Assembly (NCBI GenBank): GCA_025201805.1
Contig: MU619351.1
Coordinates: 41,606-105,605, forward strand
Length of the DNA stretch: 64,000 bases
Direction: 5' to 3'
DNA from: Parasitella parasitica NRRL 2501
Taxonomy: Eukaryota > Fungi > Mucoromycota
This document shows positions 11,563-25,488 of this stretch, piece after piece (the stretch's first letter is position 1; each line of letters starts with the position of its first letter). A model generated the notes under the pieces. It saw only the letters and a list, made by a program, of their open reading frames with translations, searched no databases and had not been told where the DNA came from. The position numbers and the translations under genes are program-made.

Positions 11563-13675
11563 TTATCTTTTCTTTGGTACATTAGGTTTTGGTTTATGGT
11601 AAACGTGACACTAGAAAACAATCAAGATGAATACGATTATTCAAAACAACACTTGAATGTACTACCTTGTGTGCATGTCGATACCAGAGTACGCTGTTTT
11701 TCCTTTTAACATTACTTACAGCAACCCAAGTGTGGCACTGATGGCATAAGCCTTCAACCAAATCTTGATCGACCCAACGGGTTTCCAATGGTTGAACAAA
11801 CTCTTTACCCGAAACAGAAGAGATCCCATGAAAGAATTGTTTATGATACCTTTTCAAAGCAAGTAAATATTTATGCCACTATATCAAGATATTACAAATC
11901 TTACCAATATGCACTATTTTTAAGTTGAAGCCATTTACCAGGTTTACATGTATCACATAAGCCCTCTTTTGATTGACCGTTATACCTTACCCACTGTGGT
12001 GTATACTTGTCGCCAGCAAAACGAAGCTTTTGTTTGCGAGGTCTCGCTTCTGGATCTGTTCTTGCAGCATCAACGTCCCGAGCAGACATATCAGGGTAAT
12101 CCTCTTCATTAGCTTCTTGTTCCAGCTCTTCATCAAATTCATCAGTACTGGAAGATTTCTGTTTCTTACGTTTTGGCTTGGAAATAATAGGGGAAGCATG
12201 CTGTTGCTGCTGCTGTTGATGAGGATGCTGTTGTGGCTCCATTGATTGATGGGTTGGCAGCGGTAGCTTTCCGTTGGTAGGATAATAATAGCGTTGCTGC
12301 ATGGAGTGTTGTGGCGGGAAAGTATAAGAATAATAGGGATGTTGCTGTTGTGGTTGCTGTGGTTCTAAATCACGTTTCATGCCACAGTTATTTGATACCT
12401 CTGGTTGACGAGCAAGAGGATGTAGCATTGAAACTCCGCCAGGATGGTGATGATGTTGTAGTTGATCAGGTTGCTGTTGTGGTGGTTGCGAATGTTGTTG
12501 CTGAGGATGAGAAGGAGGATAACGATGGTGATAGGTATGAGGTACAAGTGGAGAACTCATAGTAGGATGATAAAGTCTTCCATGTTGGCGAGGAGAGATA
12601 GGATGGTTTGAATATTCTACAGAACTGTAAGGATGTTGTGATTGTTGCTGTTGGTGATGAGGATGCTGTGATTGCAATTGATGTAAGTCATCGTGGCTCC
12701 AAGACACCTTGGTAGGAGCATGATGACTATAGAGATTCTCTTGCTTGAACACAGGAACATCGGCATGAGCTGAAGGGAAGTTTACAGAAGAAGAGGAAGA
12801 CGAAGCAGTGGCAATTGCTGATGTGTCGGGGCTTGATACCTTATGCAAAAGATCTGGTCTTTCTAAAAATGCTTCAGGCATTGTCTGCCAGCTCATGTTT
12901 ACATCATAAGAGTGGCGACGATTCGATTCTGCTTCATTGATCAGGACATCCCCCCAAGCACTTTTATTCTGCGATGGAATTGACATGTCGTCTTGCCATT
13001 GTTGATGTTGAGGATGGACTATGAATATTGAAGAAAAAAATTTTTTTAGTAATCAGCCATTTTTTTATGCGCATAATTTGTCTCCTTATTTCATGCTTCG
13101 TGTATTTAAGCTTTCTTTTTTATTTTAACTCTTCCCCCTAACAACAAAAAAAAATTACCTTTATGTTCAACATCATTTGCTTTCGGAAAGGCCATTAGTT
13201 TGTTAAAATTTGCTAATAGCATGGCTGCTTCAATAGAATTTCTTTGTTGTGATAGATGTAAACTCAGTTGCGCTTCATGATTTAAACCAAACGGCAAACC
13301 CAAGATAGCAGGGCTACTCTTGCGTTTATCATATCTGTTTAGTAATAAAGCAGGATTTAAACTGTCTTGATCAATCTCCAGCTGTTGGTCTTGGGAAGAG
13401 GAAGAAGAGCAAGATGCCATAGAGGCATCCTCTCGAGTGGGGGTAACCATAGTAGCAATAGGATATGAGACTGAAGCAGTAGCTTCTGCATTGGCGCCGT
13501 CTTCTTCTTCAACTAATGTTGGCAATATCTTTGGAAGGCTTGATGTGCTTGATGTTGCAGTTACATTTGGCTTGTAGTCTGATGTTGATGGCAAGTTGAT
13601 GCGGTCATTCGATCGTTCTGCATAATGTATGCCAGAATGTTCTTCTTTAGCAGGAAGATATTTTTGAATATCCAT
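11563..13675 (-). CDS. Q/H-rich putative transcription regulator with C-terminal DUF4451 (Rua1/Meu26-like) domain
   Basis: DKYTPQWVRYNGQSKEGLCDTC..WLQLKNSAYWYHKQFFHGISS..EGLCHQC..WYRHAHKCH across 4 exons. Confidence 0.82.
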
Positions 13676-16502
13676 GTTTAAATTTATTAAGCGAGATTGG
13701 TTTTTTCCTGCTTGCCTAGATTTCCTTCTACATGATATAAAAAATCAGAATTTAAAATCAAATCTAAATATAGTTTTTTGCGACACTTACATTTGATTTT
13801 CTCTTTAGCAAAAAAATCAAGATGGATAATAAAAAAAAAGGTATTTAGTAGCTTTTTTTCAACAAATAAATAAAAAGGAAAAGGAATATCAGAAAAAAGT
13901 ATTTGCAAAAAAAATTAAAGCAAAAAAAACGAAAAAAAAAGGCTTAACCAATCAATGCAAGATAGGTTGAGCCTCACATTAATCAATGTGACTGTACTGT
14001 CTATTTTGTGTTGATCTATTTTGTCTAAAAATGGTTTGAAATGTATCAAAAATTGCACAAATTTTGAACAATAACATCTAAATACATCTGATCTGTAAGT
14101 TTTTACTGATTTTTTTTGTGGTAGAATGTATCATGAATCCATGATTTAAATATATGAGAATGCATTAGATGGCTTATTGTTTCAAACTCAATAGTTAGTG
14201 TCATTGGATACATTTCACCTTGAATGAAATTGGCTTCTATTTGTGATACTCGAGAAAATTTTGTTTTTTATTTTTATGGCTACCCCTTGATGGTTTGCAA
14301 ATGTGCGAGTGTCTAAGCAGGAAAGTTAAGCATAAACGAGAGTATATGACGTCAAAAACATAGTTTTGCTTTTATAAATGATTGCTTAAATGTACACGAT
14401 ATTGATTTGTTCTGATCGATATCTTTTGGAAAGTACGTTTTGTTCTATTTTTCTCTCATTCTTATCGAAGGATACCTTTTTATTTTGTTTTGTTTATTTT
14501 GATTGTTATTATGCAAAACCAATTTAAACAGGGGAAAGCTCTTACAAAATTTTCAAGACTATAAAATCTCAGACAGTTTAAACGAAAAGTAGCTTAAATT
14601 TTAGGGTCTATGAAGATCAAATCAAGTGAAAACTATTACAAGATACCGTCATCTAAGCAGCTTACGACATATCCTAATAAGGGATTGCTTGAACATTGAA
14701 AAAATTGCTCTATAGCAACATATTATTGCTTAAATTTATTGCATGGAATACCTTGTTTCTTTCTCTTCCCCTTTTACTCCTATAGTCATACATACGTATA
14801 AAGTTACACAGCATTTTAAAAGTATCATATATACACATTGCACGTGGCTTTGTGCCTTACAAAAAGTTTTCATTGTGTATGCACAAATCGCCTCGGATCA
14901 TGCAAAAATAAAATGATTTTGATCATCAAAATAAGAATGCATTGATATAAAGAGGTTTTTACTTTTATGACAGTCTTTATTTCCACCGAATTTGAAAAAA
15001 TATTATCGATAATCATTGCTTCATCCTAGATGATGGCATACAAAGAAGTATAGGTTACTTTTATGCAACTTATACCGAGGATTAACAAAATTGCGCTTTC
15101 AAACTATATGTAATGCACAAGTAACTTTCAGGCACCTTACGAATTCTCGGCAAATCTCGGTTAATACTATTATGCAGTGAGTCGAATCCCTTTACTCCTA
15201 TACATCCATGTTCATGTTCCAAGTATACATATACTTGCTACAAATGTACTTTTTTTGTGATTATTAAATTGTGAGGAATCCCTCCAAAAGCCCTGAAATC
15301 TGTTAGGTATTAGTAAGCGCAGCACATGTAGTTGTTTAGGACTATTTAATTGACTAAGGCATTGATTCATATGTGATTCCTCCTCATTTTATTAGTCTCT
15401 GCAATTTTATAAGCATATCACTGCATTAAAGGCACTTCACATATAGCTATTACAATATATATTGTATTCACGGAGTCCTTTTGATTTCGGTTGACAGATC
15501 TCTACTTTGGCTTTCAATTATTGTTCTAGCAGCCTTTTATAGAGTTATAGGTGTTCTTATGACTTGTGAAGGCTACTTACTATCTAGTAGTGTATTAGTT
15601 TTCGATATTCCAATAAAGGCAAGCAGAAGTCTTTTAATAGTTAAACTTATACCTAGAGCCATATACGATATCTTTTTATTTATTTCTAAGCAATTTAAAA
15701 TAAAATGCAGTGTGATATATATATATATACAAGATCAACATAAAACATGGGCATTTCATTTTTTGTCGGAGTTGTAGAAATAATGCATATTTATATCTCC
15801 GCTCAGGGGGTATTTTTCTGTGATGAATATTTCCAAAGGCCACTGTGGCAAGTGTATAGTTTATAAAACACACTTTGGAAAGCGTGTAGCTGTCTCTTGA
15901 GTATCCAGAATTGCTGTTGTACCATATGATAAGCTAGCATGATAATTTTAAGGTTCAAAATACTGAATAGCACATGTCAAGTTCAAGTCCAAATTTTATT
16001 GATTCCATGAAGCTCAGTTTGTAAGGTCATGTCGTCTTCAACTGTTACAAAGTGTGAGCGAATTCACAGTATCAATAATTTTTTTAAATTCCTGTATACT
16101 GAAACAATTATACGTATTTATTAATATAATCTTCTGCATAAACATGTACATACTTTATATTAGAAATATAGGTTCATGGCACACTCGAATGGTTTTAAAT
16201 TGTTGCATCTTTTGGAAATAACTTTAAATTTAAATCCATAATAATGTAACGTAAAAAAGCGTATGATTAACGAAATTATAACATGAAAAGATCAATAATT
16301 TGTACGACCTAACCTTCGCTTTTCATTTGACCTAAAATATTACACACATAAAATTTATACACTACTGTCTTCTTTTCACTTTTCTTTTATCGACGACTTG
16401 CTGGCGAGCTCTTTTTGTTTCTGTTCAACACAAAAAAATATCAAATCGGGAATACAAGATATACGTAAAATAGCAGCTGAATCAAAGTATTCACTCAAAA
16501 AC

Positions 16503-17039
16503 ATGGATCGCCAATATCAAGCAATATATTCTAATACCACTACTGCTAATAATCGATTGCCTATAACACCCAACAGCAACTCACCACCATCTGTGATAGA
16601 TTCAAGGGATTGTCTACCATCATCATCTGTTTCGAAAGACACAAATGATCATGGTAGTAAACCTGATACACTTCACGATTACCCACAAGAGATAACTTGG
16701 CTTTTTTTTCGAGATAACAAATGGGTTCCATTTCAATCTAACAATCATTATAAAATAGAGCAAGCTTTTACTCTAGGAGGTAGGCAACTTTTATAGTATA
16801 CATTAAATTTTTTGTTCATTTAACTTTACTCATCTCACACCATACTATAGGTATATATGTTGATATTAAAGGTAAATAATACTAAATACCAACAAGAAGC
16901 CATTTCGAAAATAATTATGTAATACTTTTAAATAGATCTGAACTTTCCTCATTTAAAAAGCATTCGCGTGTTTCCGACAAGAATGTATCTATCATATCTA
17001 GGTATGAAGTATCGACTCAGTTGTGTCATACAAGGATGA
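16503..17039 (+). CDS. Small WWE-domain-like protein, 3 exons (16503-16779, 16851-16871, 16936-17039)
   Basis: WLFFRDNKWVPFQSNNHYKIEQAF = W..W..E pattern; canonical introns keep the frame. Confidence 0.65.
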
Positions 17040-17216
17040 CCTTGATTTTATTACTTTATGATGTCGCAATGGCAATATATCATATAATACAAATACTTTG
17101 TTTTGTATGTGTTGTTGCATTTAACAATTATGGAAAACCAAGTGTACAAAGAAAAAACACAAAAACAAACTACAGTTGATCCAATAAATTTTGCTGTCCG
17201 GGCTGAACAAACTTTT

Positions 17217-17320
17217 GGCCAATCAGAAATAGAAAATAACTCAATTAGAAATAAAATGCTGGCCAATCAGAAATCGAGTATTGCTCGCAATGGAACAAAA
17301 TGTTGTCCAATCAAAAATAA
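17217..17320 (+). repeat. Phased array of CCAATCAGAAAT-like motifs (~22-bp period)
   Basis: CAAT cores at 17220, 17242, 17264, 17288, 17308. Confidence 0.6.
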
Positions 17321-17664
17321 ACTGTCGTGAGAAATCCAACTGATTCGTCAGTTGCATTAGTCTCAATTTCCTGAGCATACTTATTTCTAAAATAAGCAAT
17401 GCTACTATTAGATCATTATAATTGATATTATTCAAGAATTTAATACCTATTGCTGATATGTTAAATCAGTTTTATGATCAAACAAAAAACCTTTTTTTTT
17501 TTTGACTGGTTGTTATTTTGATTCTGTATTATAACGATAGTGACAACAAATAGAGAGGTTTAGTCAAATCAACTTGCAGGAAAATTCGATAATATCAACT
17601 CAAACACCACACATGTGAACGCCTTGCTTCATTTTTTTGTGCATTTTATCGAAATAAAACTGGT

Positions 17665-18948
17665 TTATTCTATCGGTGGACATAAAACACCTGTAAACGC
17701 TGACATTAATGCCCGTTGGTGGGCATATTTTGATGCATAGCCTCCAGCCTTGGCTTGTTTATTGTTGTGTAAATATTCAGTACATCTAGTTGAAATTGGC
17801 AATTTAGTGAAAAAGTTATACAACACATAGACCACACTTACGGATCAACATAGTTTTCACGGACAGTGTACCCGGAGGTATAATCATATTGTAATAACAA
17901 TGGATCGAAATTTCTAGCTTCATTTTCTCTCATCTCCGCATCTGTATCCATGGCAGTTGTAATCCATGAAGGCATTGCAACTCTACTAGATTCTGGTAGT
18001 TGCTGTTGACGAAGTGCAGACGATCTTTTAAGCGCTGTCGCTTGCCTCGTCTGGATAACAGCCTGAGCAGATTTGTTCGTTGAAGCAAGCTCTGAAATAA
18101 TATCTGATTTCTCTATTTCTTTTTGTTTTCTTTCCTCTTCCAATTGCTGTAGGTATTCTTCCCTCTTTTGCTCTCGTTCTTTTTTCTCCATTTCGTCTTG
18201 ATAGTTTCTAAATCTTTGTTCGTTGACGTTTTTAGCTTGATTTGCAGCAATGCTGTCCTTATTTTCCATTTCATAGGCTGCAATCTTTGCTTCTGTTTCT
18301 GCCACATCCACTTCATTCATCAAATTGAATGCTACCAATTAAGTCTTAGGATAACAGAATGCAACAAGTCATTGTATGTACATACTTATATCCTCTACCA
18401 TCTCTAAATAATCATTGTATGCTCGTAAACTTGGGAAATCCTCGCCTCTTTTATTAAACCTAGATAGATCCAATTTTAGTGCTGCGCCATGATACAAGTT
18501 CTTACATAACCTTACACTCGTGCAGCCCTCTTACGTATGCGAACTTCTTTTTCGACTGCAAGGTCTTCAAAGATTTGCGACATAAATTGGTTCTTTCTTA
18601 GAACTTGCTGACATATAGGGCAAGGTGCAGGGCCTGCACTGAACAAGCGATCAATACAAGATTCGCACCTGTAAACATGTCAATAACTAATCAAATGTCA
18701 AATGAAATTGAAAGCAAGCTTACATTTTATGAAAGCAGGGCGACACGAGAAGCTTGAGGTTTGGTGTAAGATATTTATCACTTTTGCATACTGGACATTG
18801 AGCATCTTCTTCCTGTTACATTGATTATGTCAACATAATAAAGTTGTAAGCAGAGCAAAGATAAGCGGCAAGCTTTTACCTGGAATGAAACAACAGACGA
18901 CCCTGTTTTTCCTATCATCAAGGTTTGATTTCTAAAAGTGCTTGTCAT
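17665..18948 (-). CDS. TFB3: CDK-activating kinase assembly factor MAT1 (TFIIH subunit Tfb3)
   Basis: RING CPVCKSDKYLTPNLKLLVSPCFHKMCESCIDRLF..CPIC, FEDLAVEKEVRIRKR, C-terminal AKAGGY motif. Confidence 0.95.
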
Positions 18949-19109
18949 GGGTAGCTTTATTATCGAGAAAGAATTACTTTTTTGCATTTCAATTTCATGT
19001 CTCCAGAAAAGTGGGCCTCCGTGACGGTAGAATCAAAACATCTCCCATCACCACCAACTTGAAAATTCCTTCCTTCGTTTTCTACCCTTATTTGACATTA
19101 TTGCACGGA

Positions 19110-19743
19110 ATGTCTATGCTTCACAACTTGAAAAAAACTCAAAAGAATCATGTCTTTTTAGATGACGGGGCCGACATGGATGTTGATAATATGGATTTCC
19201 CTCTTCCAGATGAGCCTACTTCTTCATCATCACAATCAAGAAAAGCTCCAGCAGGTAGTGCTCAAGGTATGCCTGATTTAAGTAGTATGATGGGTGCTAT
19301 GGGTGGACTAGGCGGCATGGGCGGCATGGGTGGCATGGGCGGAGGTATGCCTGATATGGCTCAACTACAACAAATGATGCAGAGTATGGGTGCGGGTGGG
19401 CTTGGTGCTCAACATCCTGGTGCATCGATGGCAGCACCACCTACTAGACAATCTGTTGTAACTGTTGCATCTGGTCCCAATGGTGTTGCACGCGAAATGC
19501 GCCCAGAAGAATATAAAGAGTAAAGCATTTTTATGTGAATCGCAAAGTAAAATTATTAACGCATTTGTAGTTGGTTGTGTGTATATCCTTGTTACATTGA
19601 CGCTGACAAATCGGTCCAAGAGGGTAGGAAGATTGCAAAGGAAAAGTCAGTAAAGAACCCTCATGCTTATCATATGGCAATTGCCTGTCAAAAATTGGGA
19701 TTCTCTGTCGTATATGAGGTAAGTAGAGCATCANNNNNNNNNN

Positions 19744-19775
<32 letters not shown>

Positions 19776-20120
19776 AATTTAAATTAGGGCAAACGCCATC
19801 CCCGTGATTGGGCAAACGTTGGTCGTGTTCGTGTTCAAATCAAAAACAATAACTTTTTCATTAACCAAGAAATCACTTCTCGAAAAGAGCTATTTGTTGC
19901 AATTGCGAAACTATTGCCTCAATGCCAAAAGGAAGGAGAAGTTCCCAACTCCATTGTGGCTCCTACCACTACTTTGGCTGAAATTGAAGCCCTTGCTGAT
20001 GAACAGCGAAAAGCTCAAGGCCTTCCTACAATGGCGGAAATGCAGGCTCAGCAAACTGCTCAACAACCTCAAATTCCTTCTAAACCTAGAAAGCAAAAAG
20101 TCAAGTATGTTCGTGGTTAA
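19110..20120 (+). CDS. SEC65: Signal recognition particle subunit SRP19/Sec65
   Basis: WLCVYPCYIDADKSVQEGRKIAKEKSVKNP..E|GKRHPRDWANVGRVRV. Confidence 0.93.
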
Positions 20121-20354
20121 AATACCCTACATTTGTACTGTGCGCAAGCGCTATTTGATTCTTTTCGGAGGAAGAGAGTTGTACAGCATTAAACACTAAA
20201 AGTGAATAATAAATCAGATTTTATACATAATACCAGTAAACCATTTTGTATTGCGAGATGTAATATTTTTAAAGCCGATGTTGTGCTGTTGCTGTGTCAA
20301 AATAAAAATGACATGTCCGCATCCCGTTTGGTCTGTTTTGTTGCTTTTTTGACA

Positions 20355-20355
<1 letters not shown>

Positions 20356-20425
<70 letters not shown>
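20356..20425. repeat. (ATT)n microsatellite, ~23 units
   Basis: Direct reading. Confidence 0.97.
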
Positions 20426-20428
<3 letters not shown>

Positions 20429-20824
20429 AGGACGATTGTTGATATATTCTATAATACATCGTTGTAATATCGTCGTGTGTATCTATTATAGCCTTTTAAA
20501 TATAAAAATGTTCCATGTAATATGAATGTCTGCAAATTTTGCGATAAAATGAATAATTAAGAACGCAGCAACGTGTATTTTAGACTTGTTGCTGACTGAT
20601 CCAGACGCAATTAGGGTTGTAAGACACATACTTTTATTAAGATCTGAGTGGTACGTATGTTATATAAAAATATCCGCAGAAAACAATAATTTTCATCAAA
20701 AATTGCATATGAATGCTTGAAGGTTTTGATAAACAATAAAGCTAGGCAAGTTCAGAGTTAGCTGATACAGGCACGGTCAGGGCTATATCATGTATACCCA
20801 TTTTCACTAGGCGACGTGCATATC

Positions 20825-20945
20825 AAAAGTTATACTTTAATTTTCATAAATAATAGACATTTGGTCATAACTTCTGCCAAATGAACCGTAGAATCAAGAT
20901 CAAGCCAGAAAAACACAAGATTGACTCAGTGCTATCTGATACAAC
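20825..20945 (+). repeat. Dispersed repeat (probable non-autonomous TE fragment); second copy at ~41188-41315
   Basis: TTGGTCATAACTTCTGCCAAATGAACCGTAGAATCAAGATC..ATTGACTCAGTGCTATCTGATACA vs TTGCTCATAACTTGTGCTAAAATGACCTTAGAACCGAGATC..ATTGACTTGGCGCTATCTGGCAACA. Confidence 0.6.
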
Positions 20946-21584
20946 CATCTATTTGACGTAATAAATGTGTATATATAAAAGTATCCCCAGAAATCAACGA
21001 CTTTTATGAAAAGTTGCAGCAGCTAGCAGATGGAAGTATACCTTTATCCTGTTTTGATACTTTTAATGATAATCATGTATAGAAAAAAGTTGAAACTGGT
21101 GATGACATCTAAGTTTTATTATTTAATATGAAATATAATGATCAATGATCCAATACTATTGCTCTATCTACGCAAGTCAGGGCAAGCTATCAGCTTTCCA
21201 AGTTATTATGTAGTATCATCTCCAATGCCCGAGAAAGGGCAAAATCAACCTAAGAAAGCCAACCTTTATGTTTTTGTTAAAAACAATTGAAACTGGAAAT
21301 TTTGAATTAAGAATATTACTTTTCATCTTCATTTGTGGTTCAATTTTTCAGGGCCAAAGACGGAAGTAGTATTTTAGGTTACTCTAGATGGTATGCCTCT
21401 GATGCCACAACTGCCACCGCCGCTTGTCAAACACAGAAGCATAGTGAAAATGATAGTTTTTCTTTGGTTTGTCGATGTATTTCTTAATGGTTAAACAACC
21501 CAAAGGGATCCTGAAAGCAGTGGGGGGGGAATTTTTTTTTTCTTTTTTGAATTCGGATGAACATTCCTTTTTATTTCGTTTGAT

Positions 21585-22433
21585 TTATACAGCTCTCTTG
21601 ACCTCGAAAAAGCGTTTAAGATAATACACTTGCCAAAGGCAAACTGAAATCAACAGACCCAATTGAGCCATAGACCACCATTTGACACGCGCATTGGTGC
21701 TTTCAGCAGCTGTTGAATAATACTTAACTTTTTTGAAGACAAAGGCTGACGCTGTAATACACTTACTATCTCTGTGTTGACGTTCTCTAACGACAATGTA
21801 TTCCTGTTGAGCTTTGACTGCAAAGATACTCTCTGCCAACTCAGCAATTTCCTTTTCAAGGGGGTAGGTATGTTCTACATGCAATCTGTTAAATTCATGG
21901 CGGGTAGGCTCCATATATCTTGAGATGTACCTTTGATGCTATCGTGGATCTTTTGAATGTTTTCATGGACGTTGAATCCAACTTTTTTTTCGCTCACAGT
22001 GGAAAATTCATTGCTAAAACAATAGGTATATCTGCCTTCAATGTTAGCTTGAAGTGAGTGGGAGTTGGAAGAAATTTTGGTAGTTGAAATAACGATTGCA
22101 TCTGTTGGATCTTTAAACTATAAAACAATCATAGAAAATCAGAAAAAAAAAAAACGGGTTGTTGTTTCTCTTTGTAGTAACACACCAGAAAGTCAATGTC
22201 GTGATTACCTCCATCACCAACCTAAATAATTTTACAATAATAATTCGTTCAAGTTGTGTATACAAAAAAGCCTATACTCTACTTCATACCTGATAAGACA
22301 CGGTGATTTTTTCTCCTACTTCAAGATCTTCGTGATAGCATTGAACTTCCCCGGGCTTAATAATGACAGACATCGAGCAAACATGTTTTATAAACAATAG
22401 AAGTGTTGCAAGTCCAAATAAAAGTCGATTCAT
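21585..22433 (-). CDS. EMP24: p24/GOLD-domain cargo receptor (Emp24/TMED2-like)
   Basis: Signal peptide, QCYHEDL, GRYTYCFSNEFS, AESTNARVKWWS, C-terminal YLKRFFEVKRAV. Confidence 0.93.
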
Positions 22434-23068
22434 TCCTAGAAAGTTTTGCAAAACGGAAAGGGGAAGATAAAACGATTCGAGAAGGTATTGGTTGAAATAA
22501 CGCAAATTATCGGTTATTGAATAGTAAATGATGATGAAGGTAAAAGAAGAACGATGAACATGAAGAGAGCCTCTCTTCATCGACTGTTACCAAACCTTCT
22601 TTCTTTTCCTCCCTTCTTCCTTTGCTATCCAAGTTGCTGTGTCAATCTTGATTTTAATGTACTTGTATTTTGTTGAGCACCGCTTGATTCAGCCTTACAT
22701 TCCATCTCTACGACAACAAAAACGAGGCGAATCAGTTTTACTCAAGTAATTTTTAAATGATAGCTCAAGAAGTTTCTTATAGTATACAACATCACGGCTA
22801 CAAATGATATCTGAATTGCCGCTTGAATACCCTTATAAGTAAAGATGATCAAACTATTGAAAATAGATGAATATCCCAATATGGCAGTGAAATATTGTAT
22901 ATTTCGGCTTGATTAAAATGATGGCTTTCGATGAGCTCACCTTGTGATATCCATAAATATATCAAGTATGCCGGTGGCTTGCAGAAAAGAGTTTTTATTC
23001 ATCATTAAATAGTTGGCACTGAAATATGTGCAATACTATTTACATTTTATGTTGAGATGATGCTACAT

Positions 23069-23298
23069 TTAGGAGCTTTTAGAATTGACATTGCCAGTTT
23101 CAAAACCTTTTTTAGCCATTGCAACCTTTTCATTTTTCTATTCAAAATTTAGATATGATCCCATTTGGTAAATCAAATTATAATACTGACCATTAGCTTG
23201 TGCTTCTTTTGTTCTTCTTTCTTTTCATTCTTTGACTTTGGGCGATTCTTATCGACCTTTTGAGTCATATCTTTGTTGGAGTTATTCTTCTTGGGCAT
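23069..23298 (-). CDS. Putative 58-aa lysine-rich microprotein, 2 exons (23298-23191, 23137-23069)
   Basis: AAAATG start, GTCAGT..CTAAAT..TAG 53-nt phase-0 intron; MPKKNNSNKDMTQKVDKNRPKSKNEKKEEQKKHKLM|KNEKVAMAKKGFETGNVNSKSS*. Confidence 0.55.
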
Positions 23299-24626
23299 TT
23301 TTAAAATAATTTTAAACAGAAAATGAGATATCTTGTCTTTTTTTTATGCTATTTGTGCTAAGCAATTCCCAGCAAAACTAACAAGGGTATTCAGCATGAA
23401 TAGTTGATATTATTGGCAGTGTATAAATTGACACATGAACAGGACACATTAGTGTTATATAGCAACAAACAAATGGATAATAAGAAAATACGCAATCTAG
23501 ACTTTTACAAAATCTCTTACATTATGCACGATGAATATATATCTAAAAGTAGATAGGTATAACATCATGGTATCATACATTGTATAGAAAAATACGATAT
23601 GAACGGAATCTTGTCAAATTTTGCAGACAGTCAATGTCTTGGTTCCAGCTACTTATGATTTTATCCACATTTACTAACTTACATTTATCTCGGGTAAGGT
23701 TAAGACATCCTTCGTTGAGTCGGTAGAGTTGATTTAGACGTTATTCAAGATGGTACTGACAACATTGTGATCAACACAAACGTAAGGTGTTCTTGAAAAA
23801 AGCAAAGTTGGCGAGGAAGCAAATCTTCAAATACAAGAAGCTCGAGACTGATATTAATGGTGTGTTTTATCTGAAGAAAACTTTAACATGGAAACTATAG
23901 GCACTTAAGTTCTTTAACTACAGTTAAGAGTTCTTTAGTTTGTAAGCTTGTAATTTGAGATTGCCAAGGGAGAAGATTCTTTTCATTCGGATAAAGGCAG
24001 TGCTCTATATTGTGCAAGAAAAAAACAACTTGACAGATACAACGTATTATAGCACGACGTAGAAAGGTTTTGTTACAAGATTTTTTTCTAAATAAGGATA
24101 AATAATTTAATGGCAACATGACATGTCGAGAGAAAAGGGATCTAGATGCAAAGCATACATAAGCTGCATAATATTTAGTTAGGATTTCGCGTGGAAAGGG
24201 GATTTATAAGCGAGCGCGGACGAAGGAATTGTTGATTTGCAATTGTTTAGATCTGCAAGCATTCTTAAATCTACAAGCGGGTCAATTATCTTCCGTTACG
24301 TATACTATAATAATTCAACTTGAGGGTTCAGTCTGTAACAAAGAAAATTGGAAGAAGTATGAACAAGAGGTTACACGATGCATATGCCTCGATGTATGGA
24401 ACAGACAACACTCTATAAGGAAAACTATAGTGATCATAATGTGATACTAATGTCTAGGCATCAGATATCATGAAACTGATAAGTGTTTCCTTGATTCAAC
24501 TTCTAGACTTTATAAACAAATCAGGTAGAGTCTTGCTTGCATTTCTGTATAACCATTCCAACAATTATAAGCCAAAAGAGAGGGAAGAAATGTTTTTGTT
24601 ACTAAAGATATAGCGTGGATAATGTT

Positions 24627-24648
24627 ACACACACACACACACACACAC
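24627..24648. repeat. (AC)n microsatellite
   Basis: Direct reading. Confidence 0.9.
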
Positions 24649-25488
24649 TTCACGTATTGATGGAAAACCGCCATGTGCGAGAAGTGTATAATGAAAAGAG
24701 AAAATATCTGCACAAACGCTATTTTAGTGATGTCTACCATTTTTGTGTCATCTTTTTTCCATTTAGACATGTCCCACAGTTGATGAATAATGAAATGTGA
24801 TTTTCTTTCCGGCGGAAAGGAGCGAGCGAGATCAAACATTACACACACACCGGTCTATCATTTATACAAATTTATACAATTCCAGACTCTTTTTTTTTTT
24901 TTATTCTACCAAGAAAAGCCGCTTGTTTCCAAGATCTAGAATCTTGGGTTACAACTTCCATGCCTGTTGACTCAATGTGAGAAATGCCATCACTGATATC
25001 AATCAGTTATATTTGTGATATTAAAATGAATGAAATACGAGATATTTTAGTAAACAAAAAGAGATAGCAACACATCGGATTTACTCTCGGTCTCACCGGG
25101 CCCATATTTTTCCATAAATCTAAAAGAGAAAGCTTCTTTCGGATCTATCTTTACCACCATGACTTTCCCTTAATTATCCGAACCGTCCGCAGTAAGTTTC
25201 GTTATGTTTTATTATTATTGATGCCATAATACCCGCCGATATTATGGTGTATAGAATTTAGAATATAATGAATGCATCTTACGTCAATTTCCACTCCTGA
25301 TTTTTCGCAAAATCAAAGAAAAAGGTAGTGAATCAATTCAAACGGCTTTTCATGTTAATAATATACACAATTTCCTATTTTAGGCAATCCTACTCCCCCC
25401 ACTTTGCCATGTATGACATTAGTGCTTGAAAGATATAAAAAGACAATCATTTTTACCTTTCCTTTTTACTTTTCCTCTCTTCTTCAAA

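Noticed and set aside
20202-20459. Poly-Y and poly-I ORFs
   Set aside because: Translation of the (ATT)n microsatellite.
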